Source: a virus. Taken from it: DNA of 64,000 bases. This document shows positions 56,434-64,000 of this stretch, piece by piece. Positions within the stretch are counted from its first letter, which is position 1, and the number at the start of each line of letters is the position of its first letter. The position numbers and the translations under genes are program-made. The notes beneath the pieces were generated by a model. The model was not told where the DNA came from. It saw only the letters and a program-made list of their open reading frames with translations, and searched no databases. Location of the stretch: IMG/VR virus record IMGVR_UViG_3300036900_000025, positions 1 to 64,000 of that record; one strand, 5' to 3'.

Positions 56434-57150
56434 CTAGTCCTTACTGTATAGGGGATGAGCTAATGCCTTCTTGCCCATATCGTCTCGGTATCGCAGCCAG
56501 GGATCTCTGCAATACCAGCCTGCTGGTCGAGTTGGATTGCCACGGAAGTACTTGAGAATTACCTCGCGGTCCTTGATGTCTGGATCCTTCCAGAGGACCC
56601 TTTCTCGACCGATAGGAGGGTTCTGTCCAGTTGCAACCATCTCAGGCGTAAAACTAGTAGGCGGTCCCTCGAAGTCGGGGTGCTCGCTACTCTTCTCTCC
56701 GTTCGGGTGACGCCAGTAGACATCGAACTTGCTCTCGGGACAGAAGTACCAGCCCGCCGGGTCGATCTTGAACTCCAGGATCGTGCATCGCTCCGGGTCA
56801 CGCCAGAGCATCCCAGCGTGCCTAGGCATAGGAGGCTCTTCTCCGTGCCAGATAGATCGCTTGCGACCGTACCTGTCCTCTCGGACCTCGTCGGGTTTTC
56901 TGACCTCGATCTTGCGAATCTTCATCACGATTGCCCACGGCTCAGATCGAGCGTACTGGATCAGCTCTTCGTCATCTTCAAGTTGACCGTCGCCTTCCGC
57001 TACAGTGATCGAACCGCCAGCTGCACGGAGGAGTGCAACGAGAATGTAACCAGGAAGCTTGACCTCGCGGAGGTCAACGATATCGGCTACAGAACTCCGC
57101 AGCAACGGCTCAACCTGGAAGCGCTGGTCCGGGGGGCGTGGGTCGCTCAC
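56434..57150 (-). CDS. hypothetical protein with a duplicated LW.DP...PAGWY unit
   Basis: LWRDP...PAGWYFC and LWKDP...PAGWYC. Confidence 0.7.
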   Translation of the reverse strand: MSDPRPPDQRFQVEPLLRSSVADIVDLREVKLPGYILVALLRAAGGSITVAEGDGQLEDDEELIQYARSEPWAIVMKIRKIEVRKPDEVREDRYGRKRSIWHGEEPPMPRHAGMLWRDPERCTILEFKIDPAGWYFCPESKFDVYWRHPNGEKSSEHPDFEGPPTSFTPEMVATGQNPPIGRERVLWKDPDIKDREVILKYFRGNPTRPAGWYCRDPWLRYRDDMGKKALAHPLYSKD

Positions 57151-57328
57151 CGGCTCGCTTCTTCCTGCAGTTGTCACAGCAGTGTCCGCTCCCTCGGAAG
57201 ATCGTGATGTTCACCTTCTTGCCACAGGCACGGCAGATGTCTCGCTGGTCACAGCCGAGAAGCTCTGCCAACTCCTCGGCCTCGGCCTGGGTGATGATGT
57301 CCCCTGGCATGGGAACGATTGCAGGCAT
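57110..57328 (-). CDS. small Zn-binding protein
   Basis: CRAC...CCDNC; TAATG coupling. Confidence 0.6.
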   Translation of the reverse strand: MPAIVPMPGDIITQAEAEELAELLGCDQRDICRACGKKVNITIFRGSGHCCDNCRKKRAGERPTPPGPALPG

Positions 57329-58035
57329 TACCTCACCTCGATCGGAGGCTCGTAGCCGGTTTCGGCTGTCCAGAGGAAGTTGTCGATGTAGAACTGGTAC
57401 TCCCTGATGGACTGGCACAGGTCGTCCAGCGGACGGTGCTGCTTGACCGGGCTCACGGCGTCATCGAGCTTGGAAAAGACTCGTGGGTTGAGCCGACGGC
57501 AAGCGTTCTTGATCGTGGAGATGTCGAGGTTGCGGTAGTGGAAGTGACCCTCGAATTTCTCCATGTCGTTGTTGCGAAGCATCTCGCGGTCGAAGTGGAC
57601 AGACGACCCAGCGAACTCGGCCGTGGTGGCTTCCAGGCCCCAGTCGAGCATGAAGTCACGAAGTAGATCGGCAGCGTCGTCTGGATGGAAGAACTCGTGA
57701 CCGTCCTCTCGCCTTCCAGCGAGGTCGAGGTCATGCAGTAGGCCGGACTGTTCGTGCATGTTCTTGACGTAGGGGATCATGGCCCCCACAGCGAACTGGT
57801 ACTTCGGAGTAGAGTCGTAGACGAGAATGTCGTACTTCGCATCCTCGATCAGCCGACCGAACCCATCCGTGAGGAGAACGCCGACTTCGAGAACGACGTC
57901 CTTCTGCATGTTCAGGCCGGTCGTCTCGATGTCCACCCAGGGCAGGATGTCCTTTGCCTCGAGACTACCGTGCTCGGTGTCGTCGTGAACTTCCATGTTG
58001 CGCTTGTTGGCCCAGCGCAAGAACTCGCTGCTCAT
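57328..58035 (-). CDS. orn: oligoribonuclease (DEDDh)
   Basis: WVDIETTGL, MHEQSGL, AGSSVHFDR, FHYRNLDIST, HRPLDDL..SI.E..FY. Confidence 0.92.
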   Translation of the reverse strand: MSSEFLRWANKRNMEVHDDTEHGSLEAKDILPWVDIETTGLNMQKDVVLEVGVLLTDGFGRLIEDAKYDILVYDSTPKYQFAVGAMIPYVKNMHEQSGLLHDLDLAGRREDGHEFFHPDDAADLLRDFMLDWGLEATTAEFAGSSVHFDREMLRNNDMEKFEGHFHYRNLDISTIKNACRRLNPRVFSKLDDAVSPVKQHRPLDDLCQSIREYQFYIDNFLWTAETGYEPPIEVR

Positions 58036-58199
58036 CCGTGCTCCTTCTGTGCGAACTCGCGGAGGTCAGTCTCGCTGACCCGCCACTGGCCGTTGATCTT
58101 GGTGGACTTGATCGTCCCGTTCTTGAGCCACTCCCGGACGGTGGCCGGGGTCACCTGAAACATGTCCGCGATCTGGCTGGCCTTGTAGAACTGGTCCAT
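58032..58199 (-). CDS. excisionase-like HTH DNA-binding protein
   Basis: IADMFQVTPATVREWLKNG.I...K.NGQWRV. Confidence 0.88.
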   Translation of the reverse strand: MDQFYKASQIADMFQVTPATVREWLKNGTIKSTKINGQWRVSETDLREFAQKEHG

Positions 58200-58441
58200 T
58201 AGATTCTCTCGACCACGCAGTAGTTGATCGGAGACGGAGGAAGGTTCATCGAGAGCGCGTAGTTCTCGGCGAACTTCTTGAAGAAGAAGGTCTTGACGTA
58301 CGGAGGCGTGTCGGGCACGGCCTCCAGAGTGAACGTGTCGAGGAGAAGCGTGTTGAGTCCCATTGGAGACTTGAGCGCTTCGTCCACCCTGCCGGGCTCG
58401 TAACGCTTGACCTTGTTGACTACAGCCCAACGCTTCCTCAT
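58199..58441 (-). CDS. hypothetical protein
   Basis: Coupled on both sides. Confidence 0.7.
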   Translation of the reverse strand: MRKRWAVVNKVKRYEPGRVDEALKSPMGLNTLLLDTFTLEAVPDTPPYVKTFFFKKFAENYALSMNLPPSPINYCVVERI

Positions 58442-59901
58442 GCTGCCTCCTCCTCCATGATCGCCTTCATGATCTTCTTCTTCCAGTTGGGATCCGTTTC
58501 GACGATCTCACCGAACAGCTTGGACTTCGTTCGGAGGATCTGCTGGACACGGTTCTCGATGGTCTTGCGGCAGATGTACTTCCGAACCTGTACCGGCTGT
58601 GTTGTGTTCTGTCCGATGCGGTGCGCTCGGTCGATTGCCTGCTGGTTGAGGCCAGGAACGAACAGCTCGTCTACGAAGCCTAGGTGACGCGATGCCACCA
58701 TGTTGAGCCCGATCCCAGCCACCTGGATCATGCAGGCGATCACGGCAGGCTTGGGGTCGTTCGTCCACTGGTTGACGATCGGCTGCCGGTCGGGCTGCTT
58801 TACGTCACCGTGAAGCTGGTAGATGTTGATTCCCTCAGACTTGATCCACGGGTGCTCGGCCATACGTCGAGCGTAGCACTCAAGGACAGGCCTGAACTGC
58901 GTGAACATGATGACCTTCTGGCCGTTCTTGAGCAGCTCGATGTCGTCCTCGATCACGAGGTCAAGCTTCGAGCTGATGTCCTCCTCCAGGAAGCCGTACG
59001 TCGTTCCGCAGACCTGCTTGAGGCGCAGGAACTTCGTGAGGGCGTTCTCGACCTCTTCCTCGTCGCCGTCGATGTTGATGTACTTAAGTTCAGTCACGAT
59101 GCTGTCGTAGATCATCTGCTGCTGCTTGGTTAGGTCTACCCGGCGCTCGATAATCTGCACCTCAGGCAGGTCCAGAACCTCGGACTTGAGACGGCGCAGC
59201 ATGACATCATGCAGCTGTTCGATGAGCCGCTTCTCGTTCTTGACGCCGACGATCTGCTTGTCCTTGTAGCCACCAAAGACAGCGTAGCGATTGATGAACG
59301 AGTAGTAATACGGCCAGCGGTCGGGGTCGATCTTGTGCAGCAGCGCCCACAGGTCATCGACGTGGTTGAGCATTGGAGTACCCGTCAGCAGCATGGAGCG
59401 CCGCGTCAACAGCGCGTGACATGCCTTCGTGCGGGCACTGGTTGGGTTCTTCATGTAGTGGGCTTCGTCGTAGATCCCCACGTCGAAGAACATCGCGTTC
59501 AGTTGCCCCAGGTAGGGCTTGACCTGCTCGTAGTTGACAATCAGGATCTTGCCCTGAGAATCATCCATCTCGGCGAACTTGATGAGCAGGGCTTGGCGCT
59601 CCTTCGGTGTACCCTGAAGTACGACGAAAGGTACGCGGGTGAACTTGACGATTTCGTCAGCCCAGTTTCCCTTTAGGGTTACCGGGCACACGATGATCGC
59701 AGTCTTAGAGAGCCCCATGACGATGTCGATAATGAACACCGTGAGTGCCTGGAGTGACTTCCCGAGGCCCATGTCATCAGCCAGCAGGAAGGATCGCTGC
59801 CGGGCAAGCTGACGAATACCCTCGATCTGATGAGGGTAGTACTCGACCGAGTCGTAGAGGTACGGTTCTAGAGAACCTCTACTAAGCGTTGCTAGAGCCA
59901 T
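58438..59901 (-). CDS. SNF2-family DNA helicase
   Basis: LADDMGLGKS, DEAH, LTGTP, QAIDRAHRIGQ. Confidence 0.95.
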   Translation of the reverse strand: MALATLSRGSLEPYLYDSVEYYPHQIEGIRQLARQRSFLLADDMGLGKSLQALTVFIIDIVMGLSKTAIIVCPVTLKGNWADEIVKFTRVPFVVLQGTPKERQALLIKFAEMDDSQGKILIVNYEQVKPYLGQLNAMFFDVGIYDEAHYMKNPTSARTKACHALLTRRSMLLTGTPMLNHVDDLWALLHKIDPDRWPYYYSFINRYAVFGGYKDKQIVGVKNEKRLIEQLHDVMLRRLKSEVLDLPEVQIIERRVDLTKQQQMIYDSIVTELKYINIDGDEEEVENALTKFLRLKQVCGTTYGFLEEDISSKLDLVIEDDIELLKNGQKVIMFTQFRPVLECYARRMAEHPWIKSEGINIYQLHGDVKQPDRQPIVNQWTNDPKPAVIACMIQVAGIGLNMVASRHLGFVDELFVPGLNQQAIDRAHRIGQNTTQPVQVRKYICRKTIENRVQQILRTKSKLFGEIVETDPNWKKKIMKAIMEEEAA

Positions 59902-60041
59902 ACCTCCCCATGTCCTTATCCTTCTCGGCATCCTCGACGCCGATACGGTGAGCATCCAGGTAGACCTCGTCGGCACCGGCTACAGGATCGTAGCCACGGT
60001 AGCCGTCCTGCCAGCCCTTGAGGGCAGTGCCTTTGTATTCG

Positions 60042-60362
60042 TCAGACATCTTTCGCTACGTCCGTTGCCTTGTCGTAAGTAGCAAGCATCTTCATCTCCC
60101 CGTCAGGCCGACGGACCGAGAGCCACACCGGATTGAAGCCTGGTCCGTAGGCTGCGACCTTAGTGAACTCGTCTATGGCCTGGTCGTCGCAGAGCGGAGC
60201 ACACGTCGTCTCGATGATGCGAACCTGGTCGTCGTAGTACTCGTATACAGAAGGCTTCCAACGAGGATCAGCGCCCGGATGCAGACCGTTCGCACCGCCG
60301 AACTGCTGGTCGTCAGGAAACTCATGGTCAGGGCCGTCATAAGCACACTCAATCACCCACAT
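60042..60362 (-). CDS. hypothetical protein
   Basis: SD and operon context. Confidence 0.7.
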   Translation of the reverse strand: MWVIECAYDGPDHEFPDDQQFGGANGLHPGADPRWKPSVYEYYDDQVRIIETTCAPLCDDQAIDEFTKVAAYGPGFNPVWLSVRRPDGEMKMLATYDKATDVAKDV

Positions 60363-60576
60363 CTGTTTCCCCCTCGTCCTCGGGAAAGTCGTTCTGTGCT
60401 TGGGTCAGGATGAAGCCACAGATCCAGAGCCCCTCGTGCCTGGTAAAGCCACCCTTCTTGAGGTGCTCGAAGACGACATGAAGAGCCGTGAAGCCTTCAT
60501 CTCCTTCGGACATCTCAAGTCCAGCAAGGATCTCATCGGACCTACGGAGCAGATCGTCCCTGTCTGGCTCAGCCAT
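60349..60576 (-). CDS. hypothetical protein
   Basis: AGGAG SD. Confidence 0.7.
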   Translation of the reverse strand: MAEPDRDDLLRRSDEILAGLEMSEGDEGFTALHVVFEHLKKGGFTRHEGLWICGFILTQAQNDFPEDEGETDVGD

Positions 60577-60720
60577 AGAACAAGACTCCTAGCTGTGAGA
60601 GAATCTCATCTGCGACGTGTTCGGCGTGGCTGTGACCAAGCTTATCCCAGCCACAGAGGCAACTGCCGATGTCACGTCGCTGGTGGGCTATCAGGATCTC
60701 GACAAGCTTCTTGCGATCCA

Positions 60721-60987
60721 TCAGGCTTGCCACCACTTCACGTCAGGCTTGTCGCTCTTCTCGGGAATGGCCTGCTGAGCGTCCTCGTCGAAGATGTCGG
60801 GCTGGTCGATTGCCTGGCCAGCACGCGCCTTGTCGATGCACACGCTGTGGGCGTACTTGCCGGTGTCGGAGCGGAGGACCATCGAGTCCTTGCGCGGACC
60901 ACCTACCCAGCCGACGACCTGCTTCCAGACTCCTGCGTCGTGGGGGTTGAGGGGGTTTCCGCACCCGAGGGCGCAATCTTCGGCCAT
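60721..60987 (-). CDS. small Zn-binding protein
   Basis: CALGC...H..C; GAGGT SD. Confidence 0.7.
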   Translation of the reverse strand: MAEDCALGCGNPLNPHDAGVWKQVVGWVGGPRKDSMVLRSDTGKYAHSVCIDKARAGQAIDQPDIFDEDAQQAIPEKSDKPDVKWWQA

Positions 60988-61151
60988 TCCGATACCTCTA
61001 CCTTCTTGCGATGCTCGTTTCGACCACAGGTGCAGATGGGATTGTCTGCGTACACCTTGCGGAGAACGTCAATGCAGACCTCACACGCACCCGATCGACA
61101 GTTGCCGCAGGTCATCGCGTGTGGCTCGGGTTGCTGGTCGTGCCTAGCCAT
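60903..61151 (-). CDS. small Cys-rich protein
   Basis: CGNCRSGACEVC...CTC. Confidence 0.6.
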   Translation of the reverse strand: MARHDQQPEPHAMTCGNCRSGACEVCIDVLRKVYADNPICTCGRNEHRKKVEVSEWPKIAPSGAETPSTPTTQESGSRSSAG

Positions 61152-61536
61152 TCGGGTGCCTTCGCTGCTCTCTGTTCGGGCCGGAAATCACCTGCCCCTG
61201 CGGTCCGAGGAGCTTCGGAGCGAGACGCTCCTTCTTCTGTGCCTCGCGAGCCTCGTTGATGTTTCGCTCGATCTGAATGTACATCTCGTCGAGCTGGTTG
61301 TTGAAGTTCGTCTCCCACGCCAGGGCTTCATCGACACGCTGGTCAGCGGTGATGAGCCCGATGTCGGAGAGGAACTTCATGAAGTGTTCTACTCGTGGGA
61401 GAGCAACCTCGAAGGTGACTCCCATGCGCTCCATTCGAGCGACTTTTGAGGAGTTCTCGAGACGAAGAGTCCCGACCTTCTCCCAGCGCTCGACTGTCTC
61501 GTCGGGGACCTGCTCGCCGTTCAGGGGGTTCGGCAT
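61144..61536 (-). CDS. hypothetical protein
   Basis: Operon context. Confidence 0.75.
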   Translation of the reverse strand: MPNPLNGEQVPDETVERWEKVGTLRLENSSKVARMERMGVTFEVALPRVEHFMKFLSDIGLITADQRVDEALAWETNFNNQLDEMYIQIERNINEAREAQKKERLAPKLLGPQGQVISGPNREQRRHPNG

Positions 61537-61537
61537 G

Positions 61538-62194
61538 TCAGCCCCACTTCGCCTTCTCGATACAGGCGGTGCATCCCTCGATGCCGGGGGGACGGAGCAT
61601 CCGGTCCACGATGGAGACGAAGATCCGGCGCGGCGAGCCGTCGCTATTGAGGCAGCGCGTGCAGGCGAACCCGAGGAACTGGGGAGGTCCGTCGTTCTCG
61701 ATGACGTAGGCGTCGTCCAGCCCGTACTCGATCATCTGGGCCTTCTGCTCGTCGTTCAGGATCACGACGCCCTGATCGTTGAACTCCCAGGGAACTCCGT
61801 TCACGCTGATCGGCTCGACCATCGTTCCCTCCAGATCATCAGTGGTGACTGTGACTCGGTCCTCGGCCTGTGCGGACTCGTTGGTCTGCGTGGTCGGCGG
61901 CGCGTCGTGCTCCAGGAGCGCCTTGGTGTGGTCCTTGCCACACCCCATGCACAGACCGCGCCCAGCGAGGAGGCCGGAGCAGATGCCCTCGTAGTAGTTG
62001 GCGGCAGCCGGGGCCTGCTTGCGCGAGGAGCCGATCAGGCCGAAGAGCCGACGGACGGTGACGAGCTGCTCGTCAGACAACTCCTCGAAGAAGCGGGAGA
62101 TGTCGTGCCGCGTTGCTTCCATTTCCATCTCCTGCTGCTCAAGCATCTGAGCGATCTGAGGCGGCATCGCCGCGAAGAAAGGACCGTCGTTCAT
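61538..62194 (-). CDS. hypothetical protein with Zn-binding motifs
   Basis: GGAG SD before MNDGP; CMGCGKDH, CTRC, CTAC...KAKWG. Confidence 0.8.
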   Translation of the reverse strand: MNDGPFFAAMPPQIAQMLEQQEMEMEATRHDISRFFEELSDEQLVTVRRLFGLIGSSRKQAPAAANYYEGICSGLLAGRGLCMGCGKDHTKALLEHDAPPTTQTNESAQAEDRVTVTTDDLEGTMVEPISVNGVPWEFNDQGVVILNDEQKAQMIEYGLDDAYVIENDGPPQFLGFACTRCLNSDGSPRRIFVSIVDRMLRPPGIEGCTACIEKAKWG

Positions 62195-62215
62195 GTATGA
62201 GTCTCCGTAGAAAAG

Positions 62216-62296
62216 GTCCGGCCCGGACAGTACACTCTCGGGGGGGTAGCAGAGTGATTGGAGTCGGGGGGTTATGACTCCCTGTCCGGGCCGGAC
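62216..62296 (-). other. three-way-junction RNA structure (terminator, processing site or sRNA)
   Basis: 15-bp perfect outer stem enclosing two 6-bp hairpins. Confidence 0.6.
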
Positions 62297-62312
62297 GGTT
62301 GGCGGGCCCTGC

Positions 62313-63356
62313 CTAGAAGGGCAGTTCCCCGGTCGGTGCCGCAGGTGCAGCAGCCGCTGGTGCCGGAGCAGGTGCCGGAGGCGCTGCGGGGGCCGGGGCG
62401 GGCGGTGCCGGTGGTGTCGGAGCAGGCGCAGGCGGTGGTGCAGCCGGTGCCTCGGCGGCGGGCGGCGTCGGAGCGGGCGCTGCGGGGGCAGGTGCCGGTG
62501 CAGCGGCCGGTGGCGCAGCCGGGGCGGCGGGAACGGCAGGAGCCGTCTCGGCGGTGCCAGCTGTCGTCTCGTAGCCGTCGTTGTCGTCGTCGTTGTTCCG
62601 AGGGGGCTGACGCAGGAAGTCGCGGACCGATCGTGCCTGGTTCGCCATCTCACGCCACTGCGTTCGGTCAGAAGCTGCCCCACGCTCCAGGATCGGGGTC
62701 GCGTAGTCCACGGCCGACCGAGACTGCTGCTTGAGGGTTACCTTCGTCCAGAACGTAAAGAAGGGCATCTTGTTCGTGGCGAAGTAGCTGATGTAGTCCT
62801 TGGACGGGCTGATGCCCGACTTCTGGAACGTCAGCAACGCCGGGCTGAGCTGGTCGCTGTCCTCGTCGGCCTTGTAGAGGATCGCGTAAGTGTGCTGCTC
62901 GGCACACGGCGGCGCTCCCTTCTTGACCTTGTCCCACTCCTTGAAGACGCACTGCTGGCAGGGGAGAACCAGCAGGTTGTTGCGCTGGGGATCGGGGTGG
63001 ACGTTCGCAGGGTCGAAGTTGCTGAGCGCCCACGGGAACTGCTTCTCCGAGTTGATCTGCGGATCGACGTTCGGGTACCCATGCTCGAAGTCCGTGGACT
63101 TGCACATGGGCTTGTCCTTCTCCTCGGTGTCCTTGTGCCACATGATGCGCTGCTTCGTGAGGCCGAGGAAGATGCAGTTCAGCTCGTTGAACTTGCGCTT
63201 CGTGAGGCTGTCCTGGAAGACACCCTCCTTGTGGACAATCCGCATCCGAGGAATGCGAACGTCTGTGATGTCGATGTCCTCGAGGCCGATGTTCTCGAAC
63301 TCACGGGGATCGAACTCGGCAACAGCGCCGCCGGGCTCAGGGGTTGCAACGGTCAC
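62313..63356 (-). CDS. putative single-stranded DNA-binding protein
   Basis: IPRMRIV, four Cys, Pro/Ala linker and an SSB-like C-terminal tip (GELPF); strong codon bias. Confidence 0.6.
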   Translation of the reverse strand: MTVATPEPGGAVAEFDPREFENIGLEDIDITDVRIPRMRIVHKEGVFQDSLTKRKFNELNCIFLGLTKQRIMWHKDTEEKDKPMCKSTDFEHGYPNVDPQINSEKQFPWALSNFDPANVHPDPQRNNLLVLPCQQCVFKEWDKVKKGAPPCAEQHTYAILYKADEDSDQLSPALLTFQKSGISPSKDYISYFATNKMPFFTFWTKVTLKQQSRSAVDYATPILERGAASDRTQWREMANQARSVRDFLRQPPRNNDDDNDGYETTAGTAETAPAVPAAPAAPPAAAPAPAPAAPAPTPPAAEAPAAPPPAPAPTPPAPPAPAPAAPPAPAPAPAAAAPAAPTGELPF

Positions 63357-63829
63357 GATGTCTCCTGCTTCGCGTCAGCTGATGTAAGTGTCTCGTGTTG
63401 CTTGAGGGCAGCGAGGTAGTTGAGGTAACCACCAAGCTCCGTCAACCTTGCTGTGGCGATCCTGATGTCGGCGTGATCGAGGTCGATGTCCTGCTCGACC
63501 TGCCAGACCGCCAGCCCTGCTCTGTCGAGCTGTTCCTTCAACTCCCGGTAGGAGTCGTCCGCGTGGAACGCTGTCTTGAGATGCCGGTCCATCGCGGCTT
63601 GCGACATCTCTGGATGCTTGCCTCGCTCGTCGGACGTGATCTCCATTTCACGGTCCCGGAGTCGGAACTCCAGATCCCGCTTGATCTCACGTCCCTGGGC
63701 TAGCTTGGCCTGGTCACGGACCAGTTCCTCGCGAGCCTCTTGGGCTTCGGCATAGACCTTGTTGACCTCCAGGTTGCGCTGGGCATAGTCGAGCCCAGGG
63801 TGTCCAGTCGGTGCCTCAACGTCGGCCAT
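63353..63829 (-). CDS. coiled-coil protein, UvsY-like recombination mediator candidate
   Basis: All-helical; next to the SSB-like gene; possibly leaderless (TAGGGT 6 nt before ATG). Confidence 0.5.
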   Translation of the reverse strand: MADVEAPTGHPGLDYAQRNLEVNKVYAEAQEAREELVRDQAKLAQGREIKRDLEFRLRDREMEITSDERGKHPEMSQAAMDRHLKTAFHADDSYRELKEQLDRAGLAVWQVEQDIDLDHADIRIATARLTELGGYLNYLAALKQHETLTSADAKQETS

Positions 63830-64000
63830 GACGGTACCCTATACGATCCGACACGATCCCACAACCCCTTGCACTATCGGGCGCACTGATGCGCTTCGGT
63901 CCTCGCTGCGAGAAAGGTTTGACTCGCTGCGGTCCATGAACCTTCTTTGTTACATCTGGCTTAGCTGGAATGTCGAAGGCTTTGCTGAGCGTTTCAGCAA

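Larger units (their letters stand above)
1..64000. mobile_element. Tailed dsDNA bacteriophage genome (siphovirus-like, probable actinobacteriophage), partial
   Basis: Terminase-portal-protease-capsid-tail-tape measure-lysis gene order, WhiB, no host housekeeping operons; the last gene runs off the window edge. Confidence 0.97.

Noticed and set aside
58032-58199. Excisionase as evidence of a temperate lifestyle
   Set aside because: No integrase, repressor or att site in the window, and such HTH genes are common in lytic actinophages; lifestyle stays undetermined because the genome is incomplete
62195-62683. Arg/His/Pro-rich N-terminal extension of ORF 61538-62683
   Set aside because: Alternate-frame reading of the Pro/Ala tail of the SSB-like gene; the real start with an SD is at 62194

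Overview
The window is most of the genome of a high-GC, long-tailed (siphovirus-type) dsDNA phage, very likely of an actinobacterial host (WhiB gene, a near-consensus IdeR/DtxR iron box, extended GGAGGT Shine-Dalgarno sites). Layout: (1) 1-9.1 kb, a leftward early/accessory arm of small genes driven by many sigma70-like promoters, including a secreted glycoside hydrolase, a ~380-nt structured non-coding stretch and a 24-aa, 7-Cys micro-protein; (2) 9.1-10.9 kb, a non-coding control region with stacked leftward promoters, 14 ACTAGT-centred palindromes, an iron box and an AT-rich repeat block, where transcription diverges; (3) 11-13.2 kb, thermonuclease and a stand-alone caspase-family protease; (4) 13.3-16.5 kb, leftward AEP primase and Zn-finger/helicase genes; (5) 16.8-43.7 kb, packaging, head, tail (with a -1 frameshift chaperone and a tape measure carrying an M23 domain) and lysis genes; (6) Cas4-like nuclease and WhiB; (7) 45.7-51 kb, a detached rightward fibre/appendage operon; (8) 51-64 kb, leftward DNA and nucleotide metabolism genes (MazG, MTase, RusA, two NDT-like proteins, beta clamp, oligoribonuclease, SNF2 helicase, SSB-like). 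I saw no integrase, repressor, DNA polymerase, tRNA or CRISPR array in the window. All calls come from reading motifs and synteny by eye; no searches were run and counts are manual.
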